A stretch of DNA of 64,000 bases from an uncultured virus (IMG/VR IMGVR_UViG_2061766007_000442) (taxonomy: Duplodnaviria > Heunggongvirae > Uroviricota > Caudoviricetes), in IMG/VR virus record IMGVR_UViG_2061766007_000442; one strand, given 5' to 3'. Below are positions 21,353 to 31,271 of the stretch, one piece after another (the stretch's first letter is position 1; each line of letters opens with the position of its first letter). Below the pieces are notes generated by a model that had not been told where the DNA came from, did no database searches, and was given only the letters and a program-made list of their open reading frames with translations. The position numbers were made by a program, and so were the translations under genes.

Positions 21353-21353
21353 A

Positions 21354-22082
21354 TTATTTACCTTGATGTTGTTGTACAATATTTCTATGACTTTTAAGAA
21401 CTTCGTCTCATGACATATTACGATATTTTTTTACAGAAGGTTTATTAATTCATTTTGGTCTTGGGACTCCTGCATAATGTCTAATTACTGGAGTTATACC
21501 CGTTTTATCAGTAAAAGCAGTACTATTAAAACGTGCAGGCATTTTATGAATGTATCCTTGACATAAACAATTACATACATCTTGTTCTACATAATTAAAT
21601 TTACGTTCGTTTAAAAGTTTAATACATTCATCAGCCTTACCGTTACGTAATTTTTTCAAATTATAATATACAACACCAAAATTACAATAAATTAAACCAT
21701 ACCCGGTACGATGTTGTTCTGGAGTTGATGAAAAATAATAATCAGTTAAATCTATATCCCAAATTTCAGTAGCATCTCGCTCTACTATAAGGTCTGAATC
21801 CAATAGTAATGCAGTATTATAAGGAAGTAGGTGACACATTGCTATGCGGAGCATAGCCATATATGTGAAATTACTTTTCATATTTGGAGTCCCAGCTTTA
21901 AAATATGTTTGGTCACTTACATTGTGACAAATAATCATGTCTGGTAATTCTACTCCCATATCATCATCTTCAATAAAAAAATGGACTTCATCAACCGCAC
22001 TATTAGCTATAAGAGATTTAGCAGATAATATCATATCTTTATATATGTTGCGGGTGCCCGTGTATGCGGCGACTCTTTTCAT
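21354..22082 (-). CDS. GT8-family glycosyltransferase (2 TGA=Trp)
   Basis: LLLDSDL DxD motif, N.GV...NL, EQD; C-terminus aligns with its paralog only if TGA=W. Confidence 0.75.
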
Positions 22083-22084
22083 GA

Positions 22085-22816
22085 CTATTCAACCTTCGCA
22101 TACTGTTCTACTAGCGCATTATGTCTTTCCATAACTTTATCCCAACTCATTTCACGCCATTTAGAAACAACGCCTTTATTTACCCAATTCTTATAAGCAG
22201 TATTAGGGAATGAAATAATAGGCGGTGCATATCTATTTTGAGTAGTGAAACGAGTTGTATTAAACTTAGAAGACATTTCATGTATATAGCCTTGACATAG
22301 ATAATTGCATACATCTTGATGTTTACACGGAAAAAATGCATGATTTAAGACTTCTATACATTCGTCTGCTTTACCTTCCCGCAACTTAGCAAGATTAAAA
22401 TATACAACACTAAAATCACAGTATAAAGCATTATAAGTGCTACGACGTATAATCGGAACACTAGAGAAATAGTAATCTTCTAAATCAATATCTCAAATTT
22501 CTGTGCAATCTTCTTGCGGGATAGCATTATAAGTTAATGCTAATACACTATCTTCTGATAGTTCATGGCATAAAGCCATATACATCATTTGCATATAATC
22601 GTCGTCATCTAACATATTTGGAGTTTCAGGTTGAAAATATGTTTGATTACTGACATTATGAAAAACGATAATATCAGGTGTTTCCTCCCCAATATCATCA
22701 TCTTCAATAAATATATGCACTGTATCAACGGCACTGTTGGCAATTAAAGCCTTGGCAGATGTTAATACGTCTCCGTATATACTACGAGTGCCACAATAAG
22801 CTGCAATTCTATTCAT
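22085..22816 (-). CDS. GT8-like glycosyltransferase paralog lacking the DxD motif (TGA=Trp at 22493)
   Basis: collinear with 21354..22082 across the TGA (TEI[W]DIDL). Confidence 0.7.
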
Positions 22817-22838
22817 ATATTATCCTTAAAAATCTATA

Positions 22839-22914
22839 TGGTGGGCCTGCTCAGACTCGAACTGAGAACCGAAGGATTATGAGTCCTTTGCGCTAACCAT
22901 TGCGCCACAAGCCC
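22839..22914 (-). tRNA. tRNA-Met/Ile2(CAT)
   Basis: AAGGA-CTCATAA-TCCTT, CCA. Confidence 0.85.
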
Positions 22915-22923
22915 TTTATTATT

Positions 22924-23008
22924 TGGTACGGGCGGAGGGATTCGAACCCTCATGCCTTGCGGCGGCAGATTTTGAGTCTGCAGTGTATGCCAATTCCACC
23001 ACGCCCGC
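22924..23008 (-). tRNA. tRNA-Leu(CAA)
   Basis: GCAGA-CTCAAAA-TCTGC, V arm, CCA. Confidence 0.9.
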
Positions 23009-23013
23009 CTATG

Positions 23014-23107
23014 TGGTACCTCGACCTGGACTCGAACCAGGATTGTGCACTAATCTGGTGCTCATACAGCTTATAAGGCTGCCGTTCTGCCATTGAACTA
23101 TCGAGGT
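23014..23107 (-). tRNA. tRNA-Ile(TAT) with long variable arm
   Basis: GCAGC-CTTATAA-GCTGT plus GCAC..GTGC V-arm hairpin, CCA. Confidence 0.8.
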
Positions 23108-23109
23108 TC

Positions 23110-23270
23110 ATGCCATGAAATTACTGCTTGAAGATAGGGGCTCCCTCCGGAAGAAAACCCTTTGCGACTTCCGCAGTTCCCGCACCGGCCGATGCAGGAA
23201 GTCAATTATAATCACAGTGCTCGCAAGCCTGTGACTTACACGGTGAATTAATCCGGTCACCGTGTCCAAT
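23110..23270 (-). ncRNA. candidate multi-hairpin ncRNA of unknown family
   Basis: four consecutive hairpins and complementary loop segments; GC-elevated, no ORF. Confidence 0.45.
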
Positions 23271-23272
23271 AC

Positions 23273-23452
23273 CTAAAGTATCTCGTCCTCGTCGTGAATT
23301 ACAACGGCACGATACTTGTAAAGTTCATCATAGTGCCAAGAAGGAATGTTAAAATTAATTCCCTCAACAAAACTACGAACCTCTTTGCGATTATCAAAGG
23401 CCTTGATACAATATCCCGCAGGATGATAAACCTTATACACAACCCTAGTCAT
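23273..23452 (-). CDS. hypothetical 59 aa protein
   Basis: read by hand, MTRVVYKVYHPAG...; own promoter and AAGGG RBS. Confidence 0.55.
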   Translation of the reverse strand: MTRVVYKVYHPAGYCIKAFDNRKEVRSFVEGINFNIPSWHYDELYKYRAVVIHDEDEIL

Positions 23453-23538
23453 ATCAAAACCCTTTCTTCCTCAACCTTATATATATATTATATATTAAAA
23501 ATTGAGTTTTGTCTATAAGAATTCTTTATAAAGATATG

Positions 23539-24015
23539 TTATTCAGGAACATTAGTGCAGAAATAAACGCTTTCGTGGTTTTCAAAAACATCTTCTGCAA
23601 TATCTTGATAAAGAGTAGAACGAACGCCATGAGCATCACTTAGGTCATCATTAAAATACTGCACTACTTCATTCGCAAAAACAACATAGTGAATCGGATT
23701 CGTAAAAATACCTTCCGCACTTGCAGTATAATTAAACGCACCATTGCCTTCAAATGCTGTACGAAATAGTTGAATTTTAGAAGCACCTTCCTTATTTGCA
23801 GGAATTACAGTAACAGTAATTGTAATGTTACCAAATGTACGCTCTACAGGAAGAAGCTGCGCAAGTGCATCTGCCTTAGCAAGATTATCAACATAAAGTT
23901 TTACATCATTCTTTTCTTCGTCATAAACAACTTTAACCTCTGGGTCTTTGGCAAAAAGTGCTTCAAGTTCTCTATAGAAATTAACTCACGGGGATGATAG
24001 ACCTAGCTTACTCAT
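23539..24015 (-). CDS. hypothetical phage protein (TGA=Trp at codon 10), missed by the ORF track
   Basis: MSKLGLSSP[W]VNFYRELEALF..., 158 aa open only under code 4; GAGG RBS. Confidence 0.7.
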
Positions 24016-24054
24016 ATTATATCCTCTTTTCAAATCAAAATTCAAATTTAGGAG

Positions 24055-24129
24055 TGGTGCCGTTGGAGGGACTCGAACCCCCAACCACCCGCTTACAAGG
24101 CGGACGCGCTACCATTGCGCCACAACGGC
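24055..24129 (-). tRNA. tRNA-Thr(TGT)
   Basis: TCCGC-CTTGTAA-GCGGG, CCA. Confidence 0.9.
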
Positions 24130-24269
24130 ATAAAACAAAATTCTCCATATAAAACACTTACAAGTGTTCTATATGGAAAATGCTGGTTTTTATTTTATTC
24201 TCTAGTCCAGCCCCTAGAGTTGGTAGTGCTAGACGTCTCTGCTTTAACCTACCTTAATGTGCGGGACAC

Positions 24270-24412
24270 GTGCTCAACCTACGCACGCATCCAATATACT
24301 TCCTCAGCCTTAAACCAGCTCAGCCACGCATCCCAGGCTTGGGAAAGGTGGGATTCGAACCCACGTCCTCTTACGAGGTTTGGAAGTGTATCTTGTTCTG
24401 TTCGGAGAGCAC
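24270..24412 (-). ncRNA. YrlA-type bacterial Y RNA (circularly permuted tRNA mimic)
   Basis: order is V arm, T arm, closed acceptor hairpin, D arm, inside a long terminal stem with TCCGAA on the 5' strand; Ro60 gene in the same genome. Confidence 0.7.
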
Positions 24413-24513
24413 AAGATTAAGCTCATACAGGATAGAGGAAACTATCCTTTTTAACTTACAATTATATTATATCTTAAAAATTTTGTTTTGTCTACTAAAT
24501 TTATAAACGAATT

Positions 24514-24759
24514 TTAATAAATCGTATCGTACGCCCATTCAAAAATACTATAATCTTCAGCATCAATCTCATATTTAATTAGATTTTCAATAATCTTATC
24601 CCATGAACCAGCTTGATATCCCATAATACGAGTCATATTAACAAATTTAGCAAATACATCGGTAAGTGTTGCATCATCATCAAGATAATATTCAACTACT
24701 AAACCATTATTATCTTTATATTTTATCATTAAAGTATGTTCCATTTTTAATCCCTTCAT
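24514..24759 (-). CDS. hypothetical protein
   Basis: ORF with promoter upstream. Confidence 0.5.
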   Translation of the reverse strand: MKGLKMEHTLMIKYKDNNGLVVEYYLDDDATLTDVFAKFVNMTRIMGYQAGSWDKIIENLIKYEIDAEDYSIFEWAYDTIY

Positions 24760-24845
24760 TTTTCATCTTAATAAAATTATACCACAAAAAAAATAAAGAG
24801 TCAAAAAAAACGGCTATAGACTGTAAAGCCTATAGCCGTTCATGG

Positions 24846-26404
24846 TTATTCTTGTTCTTCCTTTAGTCTTTTGCGACTAGTACATTTTAATATAATACCT
24901 AGTACACAAATAACAATCATCCAAATTGTCCAAGAGTCAACCAATACCATTGGTAGCCAAATATTCTCTGTTAAAATAAATAGGATAACTGAAACTAAAG
25001 CACAGATGACTAAGAAAATATTGTTTCTATAGAACCTCTTAGTTTGGAAACGATTTTTGCGCCTAGGAATTATTATTAACAGAAGAATATTGATAACCAT
25101 GCAAATTAAATTCACCAGTGCCCAAGAACCATTAGATGCGGCCGCTAGCGGGTTACTATCGTCAATGATAGTCTCTGGTGTGTCCGCATAAGCTACGGAC
25201 ATTCTTGTAAAGCTCGGTAAAGCACCATAATTATCAGTATTATTATTGTCAGGATTAATAACTTCAGATAGATAATCCATATGAGTTAAAAACGTTGGTT
25301 TATTTGGATAAGTAAATAGTTCACCTTTTACAGGAGTGCTGGGTAGAACAGGAACATTAGCATACTCCGCATGGTCACGTAGTAGGTATAAGGGCGACCA
25401 AGTGTAATAGTAAAACATTTCTATACATTCAAAATTCCAATATAAATCTTGGTCTTTNNNNNNNNNNATTTGTACTAAGATAAGACCATGCGTTACTCCA
25501 TATACCTTGTGTATGAGCACTATCAGTATTATAGAAGAATAAACAACTATCGCCAATCGCAGTACCAACCAACGGAGCTATACCAACAAAAGTAATAGTA
25601 TCTTTAGTATTAATTCTAAATTCAGTTTTATAACTTATATCAGTACCTAAAAATATATGTTCTATATATACTGGAATTGTATCTTCAGATTGAATTTCAC
25701 CTTTTGAAATTGTATAAGTATCTTCGATACCATTGATGCGGGGAGCATTAGTGTTGCTTTGAACAGCACCGGCCGCGATTTCATTTGTTACGCCCATNNN
25801 NNNNNNNGTAATTTATATCAGTGCCTAAAAATATATGTTCTACATATACTGGAATTGTATCGTCAGATTGAATTTCACCTTTTGAAATTGTATAAGTATC
25901 TTTAATACCACTGATGCGGGGAGCGTTAGTGTTGCTTTGAACAGCACCGGCCGCGATTTCATTTGTTACGCCCATTTTTTCATGATAGTCTGTAATTGAA
26001 TCATTATAAGCATCTATTTTGGTATTGTATTGCGAAACTGCTTCATTATATTGTTCTATACTATCATATCTTGGGTCTGCAACAACTCTTTCTTCAAATG
26101 CTTTATCTTTTTCATATTGAGCATAATCTTTATCATATTGCTCTTGGTCTGCCGCATACTGTTGTTCAACTTGATTATTATGTTCGTCTACTTCTTTAAT
26201 AGCATTTTCATAATTTTGTTGTAATTGATTATTATATTCGTCTACTTGATTATTATAATCACTAATCAATTGATTTGCCTGTTCTATTGGAATATTATTC
26301 ACAACAGGCTTTTGCGGCGGAGATAATTCATCCGCATACACAACCCCCGCAGAAAAGATAAAGCATAAGGTTGAGATAAATAACCATAATGAGATTTTTT
26401 TCAT
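24846..26404 (-). CDS. exported surface/membrane protein with C-terminal TM helices (fragmented by gaps)
   Basis: signal peptide, coiled coil, IDDSNPLAA..SWALVNL linker then three TM segments. Confidence 0.6.
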
Positions 26405-26561
26405 TTTTTATCCTATCTATTTTTTCTTACATCTTATCTTTATATATTTATTATAACATAAAATTAATGAAAAATCGTCCCATATTACAAAATTGGTTAT
26501 TTTTAGGGTCTAAATGTAAAAATACCCTAAACTAATATATAGTTTAGGGTATTGTATTTTA

Positions 26562-26638
26562 TGGCGGGATATACGAGACTTGAACTCGCGCCCTCTGGTT
26601 TGACAGACCAGCGCTCTAACCAACTGAGCTAATACCCC
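26562..26638 (-). tRNA. tRNA-Asp(GTC)
   Basis: CTGGT-CTGTCAA-ACCAG, CCA. Confidence 0.9.
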
Positions 26639-26639
26639 G

Positions 26640-26716
26640 TGGTGCGTTTGGTTGGACTTGAACCAACGCTCTCTCCCTTATCAGGGGAGTGCTTTAACCA
26701 ACTAAGCCACAAACGC
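26640..26716 (-). tRNA. tRNA-Ile(GAT)
   Basis: CTCCC-CTGATAA-GGGAG, CCA. Confidence 0.9.
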
Positions 26717-26717
26717 A

Positions 26718-26803
26718 TGGTGGCAGCTCTGAGTAACGCTCTCAGCCAGCTTCAAAGCAACGGTTTTACAGACCGCCCCGTGTCTTTAACGGAATACGCT
26801 GCC
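26718..26803 (-). tRNA. tRNA-Tyr(GTA) with non-canonical T and D loops
   Basis: GCGGT-CTGTAAA-ACCGT, V arm, T loop AGCGTTA, CCA. Confidence 0.75.
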
Positions 26804-26805
26804 AT

Positions 26806-26882
26806 TGGTCTACCTGGAGTGATTCGAACACTCGACATCTTGCTCCCAAGGCAAGTGCGCTACCAAGCTGCGCTACAGGTAG
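26806..26882 (-). tRNA. tRNA-Pro(TGG)
   Basis: CTTGC-CTTGGGA-GCAAG, CCA. Confidence 0.9.
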
Positions 26883-26883
26883 A

Positions 26884-27208
26884 TGGTGGAGATGCGGAGA
26901 ATCGAACTCCGGTCCAAATAACAATTCTCATAACNNNNNNNNNNNNNNNNNNNNNNNNNNNNNNNNNNNNNNAAACTATACAAAATCTATTTGTATAAAT
27001 CTTAATTTTATATTCTACAAAATAATATAAAATGCAGCTCTTTACTCGAAAAAGATTATAAAACCCAAGAGCAAGATTAAATAATCAAACGGCTAAGCCG
27101 CTAATGCGTATTCAAATTCGCCAATTAAAGTTTAAAATTACCTGATTTACGTGCGGCAGCACGATTCGCAATTATTACAATTGTTATATGTCGAAACCAG
27201 TCATCCCC
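26884..27208 (-). ncRNA. ssrA: tmRNA
   Basis: 5' GGGGATGACTGGTTTCGAC, 3' GGAGTTCGATTCTCCGCATCTCCACCA, tag frame GEFEYALAA-TAG. Confidence 0.9.
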
Positions 27209-27220
27209 AGTTTATTTTAA

Positions 27221-27296
27221 TGGCGCCCCTGATAGGACTCGAACCTATAACCTATTGATTAGAAGTCAATTGCGCTATCCGTTGCGCCACAGAGGC
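27221..27296 (-). tRNA. tRNA-Arg(TCT)
   Basis: ATTGA-CTTCTAA-TCAAT, CCA. Confidence 0.9.
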
Positions 27297-27299
27297 AAT

Positions 27300-27375
27300 T
27301 GGTACCCGTAGAAGGATTCGAACCCTCGACACCAACGTCCGTAGCGTCGTGCTCTGTCCACTGAGCTATACGGGT
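27300..27375 (-). tRNA. tRNA-Arg(ACG)
   Basis: CGACG-CTACGGA-CGTTG, CCA. Confidence 0.9.
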
Positions 27376-27383
27376 TTATTTAC

Positions 27384-27459
27384 TGGTACACCCTGTGAGA
27401 TTCGAACTCACGGTCTTAGGATTAAGAGTCCTCTGCTTTACCAGCTAAGCTAAGGGTGT
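27384..27459 (-). tRNA. tRNA-Lys(CTT), allele A
   Basis: loop CTCTTAA, canonical T loop, CCA. Confidence 0.9.
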
Positions 27460-27460
27460 A

Positions 27461-27536
27461 TGGTGCGCCCGCAGGGGATCGAACCCTGGACCCACAGATT
27501 AAAAGTCTGCAACTCTACCAGCTGAGTTACGAGCGC
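27461..27536 (-). tRNA. tRNA-Lys(TTT), allele A
   Basis: GCAGA-CTTTTAA-TCTGT, CCA. Confidence 0.9.
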
Positions 27537-27540
27537 ATAA

Positions 27541-27716
27541 TTATATTATCAATAATTAAATCTTCTGCATTATGATATTTTTTTTGACCGTTTTTAGGCG
27601 GTATCCAACGTATGGTAATACTACTCATATTGCCAGTATTTTTAATTAAATATATTTCGTCTCTAATAATATTATAGCAAGCAAAAAAATCTACTTCATC
27701 AGTAGTATATTTATGT
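27541..27716 (-). CDS. C-terminal fragment of a PD-(D/E)XK homing-type endonuclease (I-Ssp6803I-like), truncated by a gap
   Basis: translates KYTTDEVDFFACYN...YLI...IRWIPPKNGQKKYHNAEDL. Confidence 0.55.
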
Positions 27717-27762
27717 NNNNNNNNNNTGTGCTCTGTCCACTGAGCTATACGGGTTTATTTAC

Positions 27763-27836
27763 TGGTACCGCCTGTAGGTGCTGCCCCTACGTCTGGAGGT
27801 TAAGAGCCAACTGCTCTACTGTTGAGCTAAGGCGGT
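27763..27836 (-). tRNA. tRNA-Lys(CTT), allele B, non-canonical T loop
   Basis: loop CTCTTAA, T loop GGCAGCA, weak anticodon stem, CCA. Confidence 0.7.
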
Positions 27837-27837
27837 T

Positions 27838-27913
27838 TGGTGCGTCCGGTGGGGCTCGAACCCACGACCTTGAGATTAAAAGTCTCCTACTCTGCCAACT
27901 GAGTTACAGACGC
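27838..27913 (-). tRNA. tRNA-Lys(TTT), allele B
   Basis: loop CTTTTAA, CCA. Confidence 0.85.
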
Positions 27914-27914
27914 A

Positions 27915-27989
27915 TGGCTCCAGCGGAAGGATTCGAACCTTCAACCCAGCGGTTAACAGCCGCTTGCGCTGCCTTTGCGCCACGCTGGA
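27915..27989 (-). tRNA. tRNA-Asn(GTT)
   Basis: AGCGG-CTGTTAA-CCGCT, CCA. Confidence 0.9.
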
Positions 27990-28041
27990 ATCATTATATA
28001 AATATTATATATCAAAAAATGAATTTTGTCTATAAGAATTA

Positions 28042-28353
28042 TTAAGCATAGAACTCGCAGGCTTTTAGAAATCTATCCGCATATTGCGCCTTAGTCCCGC
28101 CCTTACCAGTAGCGAGTTCATCCGCCAAATTCTGTATCTCACAAATAAGATCGTTACGCAATTCATATTCTCTTGCACTTTCGTGTTCCCATTCTTTCGC
28201 TTCATTTTCCCAAAACTTTACTGTCCTAGTAGCATATTGTTCACTCAATAGTTCGGTCAATTCTTCAACATCAATTTTATCCATACCAAGAGAACAAAGA
28301 AAGTCTATAGCAGTACGACTATCATAAATATAAGTGTCGTTAATAATAATCAT
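28042..28353 (-). CDS. hypothetical protein
   Basis: GGAGG RBS, own promoter. Confidence 0.55.
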   Translation of the reverse strand: MIIINDTYIYDSRTAIDFLCSLGMDKIDVEELTELLSEQYATRTVKFWENEAKEWEHESAREYELRNDLICEIQNLADELATGKGGTKAQYADRFLKACEFYA

Positions 28354-28470
28354 AACTTTCCTCCTTTATATATTATATTATATAATAAAAAGAAAGTTTT
28401 GTCTATAAATAAAATAAACGCGGCATCCGTCGTCAGACAGACACCGCGTCTAAAAAATAATGATTTTTAA

Positions 28471-28974
28471 TTATCCTAGAAAACTTTTTAAGAAAGCATC
28501 AAGAGCATCATTTAAATCATATTCATCCAAAAGAGCTGAAAGATAATCGTCATTTTTCTTTTCTATAGGAACTTCTTTTGTAGGTTGTTTAGGTTGAGTG
28601 TTTAGATTATCTTTAACACGCTTATTGAGAATTTCATTATCAAGTTTTAGAGATTGATTTTCTTCTTTTGCTTCCTTTAGTTCTCGTTGAAGTCGTTCAA
28701 TAATTTCACTATAATTTTCCGTTTTGTTGTCTGCCTTTTTCTTTTCATTAAGAATTTTCCTCTGTTTAGCTTTATTAATAGCGGCAGTTTGCTTTTGCAT
28801 TTCATTAACTACATCGTAACATAGCTTGCTAAGCAAGTCATCTTCTTTCTTGCCAGTATAGTGCTTATCAATATTAACACCATCACTGTCATTATAACGA
28901 AAACCAATTTCTTTCTGACCCTTTTCGTCAGTTACCATAGAATAATTAATTGTCATACCTTGAGCACTACTCAT
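28471..28974 (-). CDS. hypothetical coiled-coil protein
   Basis: GGAG RBS, terminator downstream. Confidence 0.55.
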   Translation of the reverse strand: MSSAQGMTINYSMVTDEKGQKEIGFRYNDSDGVNIDKHYTGKKEDDLLSKLCYDVVNEMQKQTAAINKAKQRKILNEKKKADNKTENYSEIIERLQRELKEAKEENQSLKLDNEILNKRVKDNLNTQPKQPTKEVPIEKKNDDYLSALLDEYDLNDALDAFLKSFLG

Positions 28975-28983
28975 TTTATCTCC

Positions 28984-29948
28984 TTAGTAATTCGTATATA
29001 TGTCTATTGTACCACTGTCGCATCCATCATCATATACTTTACCTTCACCAAATGGTGTATCTACAACACTACCTTTGCCGTGGTCACTAGATGCAACAAC
29101 AACATANNNNNNNNNNTGGTGTATCTACGACACTACCTTTGCCGTGGTCACTAGATGCAACAACAACATATCCATCACTATCATAAATTAAATCATTATC
29201 ACCAACATGCCTACCGGGAATGTTTAATCCACCACCGGGCAACACATTTTGGCTATACCATGTATATCGTGTGCCTCCATCATATATAACGCCTTGACTC
29301 TTAAATGATGAGGGGTCACCATTATAAGACGAACCACCACCGCTATAAGAGCTATCGCTATAACTTGATTGAGAATAATATGATTGCTGTGCGGCCCATG
29401 CAGCCTCAGCTTCTTCTTTAGCTGTTTGAATTTCTTCAACTATAGCTTCAAATGATTTAATCGCTTCTTTTTGTTTATTTACGCTGGTTGAATTTAGAAT
29501 TTGATTTTCTAATTCTCCCATCTGTTTTTCTTGNNNNNNNNNNGGCTTCAGCTTCTTCTTTGGCTGTTTGAATTTCTTCAACTATAGCCTCAAATGATTT
29601 AATCGCTTCTTTTTGTTTATTTACACTGGTTGAATTTAGAATTTGATTTTCTAATTCTCCCATCTGTTTTTCTTGTTCTTCGGTAACGTAGTCACCATAT
29701 TCTTCTTTAACACTTGCTGTGCGGCCGTCATAATCTTCTTTATTCTTTGTATACGCCGCATACCACTTTTCCAGCGTGTCATACCCTTCTAAATCTATGT
29801 GCCGTTCCTTTACGTTCTCAACTGTTAGTTCTGAAGGATATTTTATATCTGTGTCTGCGGTTATAAAGAAATAAGTAATTCCAATTACACCAACAACTAA
29901 AATCGCAATTAGTATTGCTAAAACTTTTTTCATAGATATATACTCCAT
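28984..29948 (-). CDS. membrane-anchored protein with C-terminal 3D-like (lytic transglycosylase-type) domain; fragmented by gaps
   Basis: N-terminal TM, Ser-rich linker, VVVAS...GSVVDTPFG.GKVYD.G...GTIDIY. Confidence 0.6.
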
Positions 29949-29996
29949 TTCTTTGTTATATTTATCTAGTTTTATTTCAGTTTTATTAATACTTAA

Positions 29997-30884
29997 TTAT
30001 TGTTTTTCGCCCTGCTTAATATAAACATCATCATCATAAAGTAGTTCTGCTAATTCCATTACTACTTCACATTTATGACATTTATCACTATAAGCACACT
30101 TGCGGCCGCAGTTGGTTTTACGCTCAATAAAAAGTGGCATCTCCTGCCGCACAGGATAAAAGAAATTAATGTCTTTGTTAATTTCTCTTAAATCATTATA
30201 CCAATCATGTTTTATAAACCAAGATTTGAATAATACATTAAAAATATTCCAATTATATGCATCAGATTCTGAATCATAAAAACAATCAAATTCAGCTACA
30301 TCAATATATTCATTTAATACATTGAAATGTCTCGGCGTAAAAATAGGACTATGAATATCTGTATCTGCATTTGGGGTAGTAGCTGGGATGCGATTAAGAA
30401 TTAATCTAATTTGAACATTATCTTTCTTACATCTATTGGATACGTTTTCTAAGTTATAGCATAAATCATCAGCTATATATACATCTGATACACCCATTTT
30501 AATTAATTCATCCAAAAGAATAAAAGTAGATACAGGAACAGTACTATTAAAGAAAAATTTAATTCCTTTGTTTTTAAATTCAGTAGCATATCTTTGCTGA
30601 TAAATATTTAATTTTACATAAATATTATCATGTAACTTATTTAATGTAACTAAATGGCTAACCGGAATATTATTATCTGTAATTGCAATATTAATTCTCT
30701 TATTTGGATATTGTTCTACAAAAGTAATAAGTTTATCAAACAGCATCTGACTTTCTTCTTTTTTATTAGCAGTTTGATTTAACTTATCAGTTTTTGTATA
30801 TTTATATGGGTCATAATTAATATTCCATTCGTCAATTACATCTTCATAGTCACAATGTAATTGAAAAGGAGTAGCTAACTTCAA
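29997..30884 (-). CDS. phage protein, tentatively U32-peptidase-like with C-terminal Cys cluster
   Basis: GVSDVYIADDL, RxxCGRKC...CxKC. Confidence 0.45.
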   Translation of the reverse strand: MKLATPFQLHCDYEDVIDEWNINYDPYKYTKTDKLNQTANKKEESQMLFDKLITFVEQYPNKRINIAITDNNIPVSHLVTLNKLHDNIYVKLNIYQQRYATEFKNKGIKFFFNSTVPVSTFILLDELIKMGVSDVYIADDLCYNLENVSNRCKKDNVQIRLILNRIPATTPNADTDIHSPIFTPRHFNVLNEYIDVAEFDCFYDSESDAYNWNIFNVLFKSWFIKHDWYNDLREINKDINFFYPVRQEMPLFIERKTNCGRKCAYSDKCHKCEVVMELAELLYDDDVYIKQGEKQ

Positions 30885-31271
30885 AGTCTTTCCTTTCTAA
30901 TGACATTCAAATGAATTATCAATTTTATCTTTCAAATATTGCGGCAGCCCCACGTAATCAATATCACGTGCGGCTAGTTGGTCATCTATAATAGAGCTTG
31001 AAATAAAGTAACCATAATTAGCACGAATAAAGTCTATCATATCAATTACTTTTTGTTCAAGCATTGTTTCTTCAATTAAGCCCAATGTCATCATATCTCC
31101 CGGAACTAGCGGGTCAAGGTTCCAATCGAAAATTCTACTTGTATCAAACATGATTCTTCCTTTCATCATAATAATATTATATCAAAATGAAAATTTTCTG
31201 TCAACTATAAATAAACGAAAGACCGAGTGGCGGCTCGGTCTTTCAACAAGAAAGGAAGTTAATGTAAATGA

